Notes under the pieces: model-generated
The model's input: the letters and a program-made list of their open reading frames with translations, nothing else
Databases searched by the model: none
What the model was told of the DNA's origin: nothing
Position numbers and translations under genes: made by a program
Shown: piece by piece, positions 1 through 11,270 of the stretch
Layout: every line of letters starts with the position of its first letter
Numbering within the stretch: position 1 is the first letter of the stretch
Assembly: GCA_030141605.1 (NCBI GenBank)
Contig: JAQGDQ010000310.1
Coordinates: 186,001-250,000, forward strand
Direction of reading: 5' to 3'
Source of the DNA: Tubiluchus corallicola
Taxonomy: Eukaryota; Animalia; Priapulida
DNA: 64,000 nucleotides

Positions 1-429
1 AAATGTTAAACTATGTTCCAAAAAACTTTTCATGCAAGTCTATATTACTTAGCATTTCGCTTACTTGTTTGAAAGACTTATGTAACTAGAAAAGAAAATT
101 ATTAATAGTATAAAATGTTTTCACCAAGTGGTAAAAACGTATTTTTAATCTTACTGACAAGATGCATTCATTTAAAATTTTACTTAGCTTGCGACCTGTG
201 CGCTACGATTGCTCTGAAAGGTTTTTCAAACTTTACACAATGTTATTTAAACCTGTTTGAAATGACTTGTCAAAATGGCTGCGCCTACAGTCATCGTGGG
301 AGTTTAAATTTACATGTTTTACACTGTGTTACTGCTTCTGCAAGCCCTGAATGCAAGAAGGTAGTAAGTGAGGGGTGTAAAATTTCAAGGCGAATTTTTT
401 AAGCTTTAAGTGGAGGGTTTTCTTGTGCT
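1..429 (+). mobile_element. MITE family G, right part
   Basis: Similar to 38465-38882; ends with TTAA. Confidence 0.72.
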
Positions 430-480
430 TTAAGGCTTACAGCCTACAAATTTATTAACATATATATATATTCAACATAC

Positions 481-646
481 CATAAGACGGTTGTTGTTGT
501 GCACTCGAATAAGCTGACTGTCCACCTGCACCTGATGTGCCATAAGAAGAAGTCTGTCCGTAAGTGCCCGACGCAGCAGTCGACTGAGAATAATCTTGAC
601 CATAACCCGCATAACTTTGCTGACCGTAGCCGCCTGCAGCGCCACC
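481..646 (-). CDS. FET gene exon 4
   Basis: ttccag|GGT...G|gtatgt; QGSY-rich peptide within ORF 455..781. Confidence 0.88.
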
Positions 647-3600
647 CTGGAAAAACATCTTTGTGAAACGGCATTCGGTCAATAAGAAAAAACTTGTTCC
701 AAAATTTTCACAAATGAAATTAGGGATGTAGCGGATCCGATAGAAATGCTCGACGGATTTCGCATTATTTGTATTTCTCATTTTCTATGGTAGAACAACC
801 GAATGTGAAAAAATATACATGACAGTTTAATTACCTATTATGTAAGATTTCTATTAAAATGTTGAGAAATTTACGAAAGTGTCGCTTAATTTTTATGCTG
901 CCATACTTGTAGCGCCTGCAAGTGATAGCAGCAATCTTCACGCTGTGGTTCCCTACAGTGGACAACGAGAGCACATTTGCCACTAAAATGTCTGCAAAAC
1001 ATTTACAGACTCCCATGAAAAGCATAAGTTGCCAGTTTTTTTAGCTGAAATTGTGCAGATCAATTGTTCTAAATCACAGCACATCAACTTTAAAGGAAAA
1101 CCAGATGATTGTGAAAACATTACTTCAGAATAAAGAATGCTCTAAAATATTTAAAAATACAAGAGCTCTTTTAAAATCAAAGCTTTTTGTCACATTTGCG
1201 TGGCCGACAAATAGAAGGCGGTACCGTGATAAGCATGATCATGAACTGCAGTGTTAGTTTCCGACGTCATATGATGTAAAACCGATTTTTCGTGACATCA
1301 CGCGTTTAAACAGTACTGTAACACTTATGCAAATGTGCTTGATGCGCAAAGGAAGATGCCCGCCATTGCACAAACTGAGGTTAGTTTCTGACGTAAGCAA
1401 TAGCTGTGTTCCGTTGCCGTTAATTAACTTTCTCAGATAATTATTCAAATATAAGGATCCCCTAGATCCTTATTCCCTAAATAAAACTGCAATTTAAATC
1501 ATCTGACCCAGCTCTATAAAACACACTCAAGCAATGAGCTCTTAAGCACTCAGGTACCAGTGTTTGAACAATGTTTTGATCAAAAGGAACAAAACAGAAA
1601 GTCAAAGATAGGTGAAACTATGCATGCTTTTTATTCAAGGTGACGAGTAATTTGACATCAGTTTTATTAGGATGCGTGCATTTTTGAAATTATTACTTTT
1701 GCACTTTGTAATATTATTGTATGTTGCACAGATTGATAAATCACTTAGTTATGAAATTTGCTATTCTAAAAATGGTGATAAACTATTAAACTTACTTACT
1801 AACTTACATCCCAAAATGAAAAGAATCAAAACTTTTCTAGTGCAACCAGGGTTGATACAAACAAATGAATTTTCTCAAGTGTTTAATGACATTGTATTGA
1901 AACTCACCTGCTGCTGGTAGCCGCCATACTGGTCACCGTAACTAAAACATTTAGAAAACAATGTTTATTAATTTTTGTTTTAACCATTCTTTTGGCACAA
2001 TATAATGGGTTTCTCATGAGCTACAGATCACAAACTTCAAAAAATATGTTTGGAATGGGGTTGTCCTCAGGGGCGTATTAACACTTTACGACACCCAAGG
2101 CTGATAGTTCTGTGGCGCTCATCTCTATTGTGAATTTATGGGTGCTTATGCGATGAGCAGATTAAATAGTTATTTGTGGTGTATTAGAAACAATATTAAC
2201 CTAGTTTTTATGTGTCATTATTAATTACATGCATATGCATAGCGCTTATATTCAAGCAGGTTGCGCAACTGCTTGTTGTGTATTACCTTGCTGCTGTTCA
2301 TTATGTGGTTAATTAGATAAAAGCTGAGCACAGTAACTGCCTGTGGTGTGTCATAAAATCTGCCCTTTTTCCGAAGATAATTTTTTCTAAAATGTAAAGC
2401 TCCTCAAACTTTGCTATAGCCTAGGCCCTAGTTACCCCATTGGTTAATACATCCCTGGTCATGGACTTAAAGGCAATGAAAATCCGATTGACTCCTACTG
2501 CAAATTGTAAGCATTTCTGATTACAAAAATGTATTTTCGAACATTTTGCGTCCTTTACATGAATATGACACATTTTCCAAGGAAAACAAGAACTGTTTCT
2601 AAAATGCGACACCCTAGGCTATAACCTAGTCAGCCTATTGGTTAATTCGCCCCTGGTTGTCCCTAAATAACCAGCATTGACTAACTGGTTACCTAACACA
2701 AAAACTGCTAATCCAAAATGAGTTTTAGCAGTAAACAGACTACATCAATTACATTCACCGGTTATTTTGAGAAAGTGAATCTAATAATTAGCTCAGACGT
2801 TGAACTACTATGCCTGCTGTACAATACAAGGAATTTACCTACGTGACTTGTACGCAGGGATGAGAATGACAAATTGCAAAAAACTCTGAAACCGGCCGTG
2901 GGTTTGGGGGCTGCGTAGGCCCCCATGGGGGTTCAAGGGGGGCGAAACGACCTCGGAGCCAGCAACAAATTGCAATTTTGTGACCATAGAGCCTCTAAGT
3001 GGACTTAAAATATCAGTTACCTTGTTTCATGCATAATTCACAATACCCAACTATCAAGGATACATGATACCTAATTGTCTCAAAAATGACTAAGTACTGG
3101 CCGCTCGTATGCAAAAGTGAATAAAAACTGTCTGCAATTGATTCTATGTTTTTATACATAGACATATACACGTGGTTACACTGATGTACGTGATGTAAAC
3201 AAAGTGACTGCCTGCCAACTAGAGGTCAGCTTGTGAAATAATGTACTGGGTCCGTAAAAATTTTCTCAACGAATTTACGCGATTTACAAAAACGGCACTA
3301 CTGTTCTTTCAAAAACTCGGAATTCTGCGTGTCCGCGGAAAATTCTCATCCCTGCTTTTGCGTACGAAAATTCTTTTGCTGTGAAATTACACAACTTCAG
3401 TATAAACTAATAAATCCTCTGCAAATGAAATTCATTCGCTCATCAGTGGCATCTATGTAGCATCCGGAATGAGTAATGTTATACGTTACCCACGTGCAGA
3501 ATAAAAAGACAATATGAAATAAGTGCAGAAAATATAACGCATAATGCAGGTCTGATAAATGGGTGCACTGGAAACAGTATAAACCGATTTCATCTATTCC

Positions 3601-4687
3601 GCTAACTATTGTCATTGATATGTCATGGTCACTTACCCAGTACTTCCTGTCTGTCCTCCACCGTAAGAATATTCTGAAAAAGTTAAAGAATTAAACAATT
3701 TAAACTTTATTGTCCACTTCAGTTCGGTTTACTGAGTTTGAACGTTCACAAACTTATTTACTGTTTATTTTGTTTAATTAGTTCAATTATTCTGCATATT
3801 AATTTTTCAATTTGTTGATTTACCATTCCATTATTTGTTTGATTCATAATTAATTTGTAATTTATAAGACTTTTCGGCATTAAATTGTAGACTGCCTGGC
3901 ATCGCTCATTAACTATCCAAAAACCGACGTGGGGTGATTTGTTATCTGATTTGATAACATATATTAGTTGCCACCCATTCCAACCCACTTTGGTTAGGTA
4001 TGAATTGTATTCTGTTGCATGTGTTTTTTTATGTTTAGGAAAAAATAAATGATCCGATTCATTAAAATACGTGAGATATCATGGCAGATAATTTATTTTA
4101 TTAGAGCTGGGGTAGATTGAACTTAAGAAGCTACATTGAACAGTTTATTACTATTATGATTATCTAAGAAAAATCTTCAGTTTATTGAACAGTTTACGGC
4201 CAATTTACAACATGTGTAAAATATAATTAATACATTGAACAGTTTATTACTATTATGATTATCTAAGAAAAATCTTCAGTTTATTGAACAGTTTACGGCC
4301 AATTTACAACATGTGTAAAATATAATTAATACCCCACAGGGATATGTTTATTTATTTTGTAAATATTTTTGTTATTTAACTCTGGACATAATGCAAACAT
4401 CAAAAACGAGTGACGACACTAAACTCGTCAAGCAAATTAACGGTAATTAGTACACAAAGACAAAATTATCTAATGAAAACATTCACGGCAAGAGCTGGCA
4501 GTAGCCAAAATCAAATCTACTATCATCCAGTCTAGAAACCAGAGTGTTCAGCTAAATATCAATTCATCTGAATCATTAGACTATTAGCTCTAAACTACAG
4601 AAAACATTTTTACTACACAATCACAGTTGTATGAATATTTTGTGAAAATTGAACAAAGAAATTAGACTACTTACGTTGACTCGCCAT
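481..4687 (-). CDS. FET-family RNA-binding protein (FUS/EWSR1/TAF15/cabeza-like), 5' part; exons 4675-4687, 3637-3673, 1908-1941, 481-646; continues beyond the left edge
   Basis: Phase-consistent GT-AG exons give MASQQYSYGGGQTGSTGYGDQYGGYQQQGGAAGGYGQQSYAGYGQDYSQSTAASGTYGQTSSYG..., a QGSY prion-like N-terminus. The 13-nt first coding exon (MASQ+1 nt) resembles FUS/EWSR1. RRM and zinc finger are not in the window. Confidence 0.85.
1094..1454 (+). mobile_element. MITE family A, internally deleted and truncated
   Basis: TTAA-AGG left end; similar to the 49051 copy. Confidence 0.8.
1908..1941 (-). CDS. FET gene exon 3
   Basis: ttttag|...CAG|gtgagt; YGDQYGGYQQQ; phase 2 to 0. Confidence 0.85.
2068..2655. 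mobile_element. hAT-like MITE
   Basis: TIR CAGGGGCG(T/A)ATTAAC; 8-bp TSD GTTGTCC(T/C). Confidence 0.7.
2855..3354 (+). mobile_element. hAT-like MITE family C
   Basis: TIR CAGGGATGAGAAT..ATTCTCATCCCTG; second copy at 27671. Confidence 0.8.
3637..3673 (-). CDS. FET gene exon 2
   Basis: tttcag|...GG|gtaagt; QYSYGGGQTGSTG; phase 1 to 2. Confidence 0.85.
4132..4333. repeat. 99-bp tandem duplication in FET intron 1
   Basis: Units start at 4132 and 4231. Confidence 0.9.
4675..4687 (-). CDS. FET gene coding exon 1 (MASQ)
   Basis: AAAAATGGCGAGTCAAC|GTAAGT. Confidence 0.8.
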
Positions 4688-5008
4688 TTTTCAAGAGAGA
4701 GAACGTGGAAAATGCCCGTATGTTAGCTTGGCGAGACTTCTGGTGGGAATTCCTGGAACTCCATATGTATTGTAGCAACTAGCAATTGAGACTAATCATT
4801 GTGTACTGTCTAATATTCCTGCGTTTATTTAGAATTACCTTTGTAGTGGTACAAAATGAATTTAATTGCAAAAATTGACGATAATTGTAAAAAATTGGGT
4901 TGCATATTATTTGTATGGAATTTTGACTGAACTACAGGGAGTCACTTTACTCACTCATTATATTGTTTCCAAGGTTCAGTGTGTAATAGTGGCAACCGCT
5001 CAGCAGCA
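4688..5008. promoter_or_regulatory. Probable bidirectional promoter and 5' UTRs of the FET gene and ARMC5
   Basis: Only 321 bp separate the divergent ATGs. A YY1-type CGCCATTTT overlaps the FET ATG, with a pyrimidine run just upstream on the minus strand. Confidence 0.7.
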
Positions 5009-5263
5009 ATGGAAGAAAGCAATGAGGAAAGCGATTTGTGGTTGTTTTCTGGACTAACCAGTGATTCAGAGAGAAAAATTTATGATCGACTGGTGATTAT
5101 AAGAACTAGATATACATTCGAGAAAAACGGCTTCAAGAAATTCCGGACTAATGATGGAGTCAAACTTTTATTACCAATTTTGGCACGTCATTCAGAGAAA
5201 CTTACTGCACTTGCTCTAAGCATTCTAGGAAACTGTTGCATGGACAGTGAAACTCGAATTGAA
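5009..5263 (+). CDS. ARMC5: ARMC5 exon 1
   Basis: ATG...GAA|gtaagc; ends ALSILGNCCMDSETRIE. Confidence 0.88.
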
Positions 5264-8200
5264 GTAAGCATCATGTGAAGAAGCACTTTTTTTATTCATG
5301 TGAAGAAGCATAAGTAAATTCAAGATTGACCACTAGATGACACCAGGAATTTTGCTTTGCCCTATGGCATTGTGTATGTCTTTTGTCTAAAGTCATTTTA
5401 AATATTGTTTGTAACTTTTTTTAATGACTCACCCCAGTAACTACTACATTGTACCACTAATTCTGCTTGTATGTGCATATTTTTGGTAATAACCTCATTG
5501 TGACCTTGACCTTTTGACATTAATTTGACCTTGGTTATTCTGTAGTTATTAAAATAAGCTCAACTTCCCGAGAGACTTGGCTTTTGCTTCAAAGCTAAAA
5601 CAGCACAGTATTGTTTGTTTGCAACATGTACTGATACAAACTTGATATTGAATAATCTGTCTGTCGTAGGCCACAAAGTGTGCCGTATTGCTATTTTGCT
5701 AATTTGGTTGTGTCTTCATCAGCAGCTTAATCTTCGTCTTTGTTTTCGGCAGTAACGTGTATAGGGTAGCATGTAAACATTTGCTAGGAAGGTATAGAAA
5801 TAACAGAGCATAATTATTTGTTACACCAAATTATCTTTCAAACAATAGAGGGACCTGTCATGACCTCAAAATTTAGTGCAGAAGCCCCATGCGCCTCTCC
5901 CAGCCTGAATCCTTGTAGGACGTAATTGGAGCGGTGACCTGAAAACTCTGGGATTATTTTTTTAGATTGAACCGAATGGTCTGGGAATTCACGGGACTTC
6001 AACTCCACCAAACACACTGGAGCTATCCTGAATAACAAAGTAAACCACTAAGGTGGTGAAAGACTTGCCTTCGACACACAAGCTTGTGAAACATGTGCAA
6101 GGTGTACTTGAGGATTTTCAGTTCTCTGAGTCACTGCACCAATCGTGCCCCAAGATTTCAGGCTGTACGACACGTGCAGTACTTTGTTTGGAATAAATTG
6201 ATATATTACTCATTACCATCCAATATTAAATGAAACTATACAATGTTAGTTACAAAATACCCAGCAATTGCTGTAAAATTTGGTACTGCTACTGTTTTTT
6301 GAATGTACGGTGTTCCCTCACTTATCTCGGGTGTTCCATTCCAGGCCCACCCGCGATAAGTGAATTTCCGTGAAGTAGGGACACTACTTATTTTAGTAGT
6401 TATACATTATTTTTAAGTCTTTGTAAACCCTCCCCACACTCGTATACATAACCCTTTCCCATTCCCTTAATAACTTTTCCCATACTGTACATGCAACTTT
6501 TAAAAAACTTTGCTTAAATGTTCATAATTGTGTTGTGTACAATCTCACGTCGGCAAGTAGCATCTCAAGCGGGCGCAAGTACTAAATTTCGTTTTTGGTG
6601 TGCATTCTTCTGCCGAATAAATACACTATTTACTGTAAATTATATTATTCTTTTAGTGTTAGAATTAATATTTTTAATCTATATTTTTATACATTTTGTG
6701 ATTTTTTATGCAAAATTCATCAAACCTATACATTACTGTACAATACGTACTACACATATGCAAAAATACTTTAGATGGAGTACCGCAAAAACCTGTGAAA
6801 CAGCGAAAATACCGCGATAAATATTTTACATTAATATTTTTAAAAACCCGTGAAACAGCGAGTCCGCGATAAACAAACTGCGAAGTAGTGAAGGAACACT
6901 GTATGTTTAAGTTTTGCAGTAAGGCTATTGTTTATTTTGTATTTATTTTGCAGGTCAGGAGAAGAGGAGGAATAAAGATCTTAGGTCAGTATCAGTGACG
7001 GCCCATAGCTAAAATTAGTGGGGGTGCTGCTTGAGAAAATTTTTAGCCATTGTTTTAATACTGTGTAAAATGTAACAATCATATATAATTTTAATGATGT
7101 AGTTATTTCTAAAGGTCGGGTGTTGAGCAACCTCTTTTCTTAACTGCAACTTTCTCATGGAGAGACAACTGTGAAAAATTAAGCTGTTGTAGTTCACTTA
7201 CAATCACAGAACTTATTTCTTGGAGATGCAAGGCGTCTATTAGTAAATAATTTATGATTTTAAGCACACAAGCTAAGTTTATATTACTCACATTCAAGAA
7301 TATGACAGTACTCGGTAAGCATGTGACAAGTGAAACTTTGTTAGTGACAGTACTTTCTCTGCCTAACAGCACACGCTAACAGTGCAGCGTACAGCGTGTT
7401 ATCTCAGACATGTGCGCATGGCTGGGTGCCCACAACAGCCAAACACCACATTGCTTGGGCTGTGAAGCAAATTGTGCTTCCTTCACATGCTCTGGTTCCA
7501 CACAAGTATGAAGAAAGATAAGATAAGATAATATTTATTTTCATCGGTATGATATAAAACAGTACATATTTGTAAAACATGAGCTTAAAGCTCGTAAACC
7601 GATATCAAACATAATGTATATGTGCGATAACGTGGTAATAATATGTACTTCTTAAAATCTTTTGGATGTGAGTAAAGAACTAAAGAAAAAAGACTTATCA
7701 TATTAAATAATATCGGTAATACTGAGTGAAAGTAGTGGCGCCGCAAGTCCACAGTACCTATACGCGAGCTGCCACTGGTCAGTATTGAAACGACGGTTAC
7801 TAACCCCAGAGATGCAAATAATGCGGCCGTGTATTAACAACAAGTCCATTTGCTTGTCTACAGTTGGCATGTATTTAGAAAGTTTTACAGTTAAACTAAA
7901 CTTGAGTGTCCAGCAAGTTATAAAAGTTGGAATAGCTTATCTAGTTAAAGTGGAAGAAGTGAGGGTACCCTAAAAACATTCCTTACAATGTTGTATTAGT
8001 TAGTTAGCATTGCGCTTACCTGGTCGAAACATTTGCGTAAGTGGAGAAAAATTCCTATTAAATTAATTTAGAATGTTCGTGCCACCTGGTATTGCATCGC
8101 CATCCCAGTGTGCACCACTGATTCACCAAAAACATTATTGATCTTATTGTCGTGAAGCTCACGATTTCTTTATCTTATTTTTTTTAATTATTAGTTCTTA

Positions 8201-11176
8201 ATTATGATCATTAGTCATATTATTACATTCTCTTGTTAAAACATTAAAAATCCCACTCAAGAAATTTCAGCTATAAAATAAGTCTATTTCTTTGTATACA
8301 GTCTAAACTTTCATCCTTGAACTAGTATGCATAACATTTGCCTTCATTGAATTGGTGGCTTCCTTGCTTCATGGAAAATTTTACCTGGGCAGTTGGCTTT
8401 CAGAAATCACTTAGTAAGCCTGTGACTTAAATTGAGAGAGCAATGTATAGTGTTATTAATGATTTATAAAAACAAAGTTGACCTGTATTCTACTTGACCT
8501 ACTGTCTTCGCACTTACCTTCAGCACTGCTTCATACTTATTGACAATATAAAATAATTTGTACTTTTGCTTAGTTACTCAAGAGTGCAATATTTATCGAT
8601 AATGCTATTTATTATAATGTAATATATTAGTTGAAACCAGTGTTTTGTGAAATTTAGCTGTTCTAACATTTGCAATTTCTCGTCAACACATTATTATAAT
8701 TTAGAGTTACACTCTAATAGATGTATCATGCACCTGTGTTGAGAATTTTCTTTTGATGTAATATAAACGATGTATACGTCTATGCGATATATATATATAT
8801 ATATACGATAGATACATATAATACTATGTGTATTTATATATATTTGAAGTAATTCACACTTTTGTTTAGTAAGCAAAAAGTGTGCTTCGAATGCTCTGAT
8901 TATTTTTCGCTATCTTATCTAAACTTGTTTCAAATGACTGACCGTCAAAATGGCTGCCCCTACCGGTCAACAGGGGAGTTTAAATGCGGATGTTTTATGT
9001 AACATTACTGCTATCGCAAGTTCTGTATGCAATAAGACAGCAGTAAGTGTAAGTGATACAAAATTTCAAGATGAATTCTTTAAGCTTTACTTATGAAAAG
9101 TGTTTTCTTGTGCTTTAAGCATTTTTACAATCTGCTTATCACTCACTCCTGTTTAATATTCAAGATCCTGTTAGTAAAAATCACTCTAAGCACACACTAA
9201 TGAATAATTAAGCAACTGAAGTTACTGGACTGATGCGGCAGACGGCTTTGCTTTCCTACACGTCACCTGATGGTTGTAGTCAAGACGCTTACAGTGGTAC
9301 ACTTAACCTTTGACCACAACGCACACAACGAAACTGGGAAAAGGTTTATAAATTAGAAATGATTGCAACCACTCGTGCATTATGATTTAATTGCAAACTG
9401 TGACAACATCCTCGCACAGAAGATTTTCCTGATTGCTAATAATTTTCCAAATAAATTGTCTATTTGATGCGCACATTAAATTCCCCTGTTTGCATGATTT
9501 ACAATCGACAAGCGCTACAATAACCGCGAGTAAGTGTGACGGGGGGGGGGTGAATTGCAAAACTTATACCTCTCAATTTTAGAGAATGGGAATGCGCCGG
9601 GGCTGTGCCAGCAATGGTTAGTAGCTTGTTCAACGGTGGGTGTTATAGTCATATTTAGAATTCGGGGCAGAGCTGCGGCACCAAGTGACGGGCGTATCCC
9701 CACACCCAACTCCCGATTTTGTTACATGTTGACAACAAACAAGAAGGGGCGACACCAACAGTTTGGCAAAGTTATTAGGAAATCTCATTTTGTTAGTTAT
9801 CCACTTGCTTGTAACTGAATTGAAATCTCAATGTCATTTAACTAAATAATTAACTTTATTTTACAAGAGCAATTTGCCCTTAATAATTACTCCAACTTCA
9901 ATGCAATATTTCAAAGGCGTTATTTAGAAACTCAAAATATTTTATGAATATTTTTACAAATTCAAAACAATTGTTTCAAGCTTCAAAATTTAGTGTCTTA
10001 TTTACCCATAATTCTGTTGCTTTCAGTTGACATATTGGCCAACACAAAAAATGAATCGATCGCGAATAGAGCTTGCCGGACTATAGCAAATCTTGCTCAA
10101 GATGAGAAAAGTGCCAAACTGCTCCTAGATGAAGAGGAATCGGTACCGTTTGTAAAAATTTTTGTTTTCATAACAAACTAACATAATTTTCAACAGCAGA
10201 AACATTCCACGAGTGTGTTGCACGTGTTTGCAAAAGCGAAAATTGATGTACATTGCTACTGTAAGATATTCAGTGTGTTGTATTATAACTAGGCAAATTT
10301 TAAGGTAAAAATTCAAATTCCAAATTTACCACTGTGCTCACGCATGAGCTGTCGAACGTACGCACTGTGTCACAAACGAAGACCTGAACTGAGAGATACT
10401 GCACCTGTTTTTTGTGCAATGTGTTGCTGAAATGCAGGCACTACAGCCTATTTAACTAATGAAAAGGTGAAATGAACGTAACATCTAAGAACTAGCCATG
10501 CAAATGCGAAATTGCGTTTGTCTTTTAATAATTCTTTCGCGTAAGTCATTCTTGAAAAAATAGTGTGTTTCCTTTCAATATTTTAAAGAGTAGATTGTTT
10601 TGACCTACAGTTTAAGATTGAGTCTGGTTTTCCTTTAAAGAACAGATCTCAAGTGTTCGTTCATCTCAATCATTACTGATCATTTTTACCTATTGTTTTG
10701 TATAACTTACTTCAAAAAAAACTATAATTAACCGCCTAATGATTTGTTGTGGTAAAGACCTCACTTTCTGAACTTTTTTTGTAAATTTCGGCAAATTCAG
10801 CTTTTCAATGTTATGAACTGTGACCCAGCCCTTAGAGTAGAGTGCAAACTACCAGCATGCATACATTGAAATACGTAGTACTCATATTTTGTATTATGCG
10901 TAAACAGAAACAGCCGAACTAAATAACTTTTCGTGTACTGCAGTTGGCAGGGTTAACCTTTTCCTTGCTGTTTTGGTGTACATGTTGGCAGAGTACAGGA
11001 AAAAAATGTTGGACATTTCTATTTGATATTGTTAAAAATTTACTGGTTCAAACAGGTTGTGGCAATCATTGTAAGAAAGTTAACGGATAGCAAAGACGAA
11101 GGTTTCCAACAGTCTGCCATCAGGTGCTTGAGACGCTTGGGTGAAAAACGTTCTGATAAACTAAAGGTACAGCTTA

Positions 11177-11270
<94 letters not shown>

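Noticed and set aside
3397-3452. C/D snoRNA (TGATGA...CTGA on the minus strand) in FET intron 2
   Set aside because: Boxes are only about 50 nt apart, with no terminal stem and no recognisable guide
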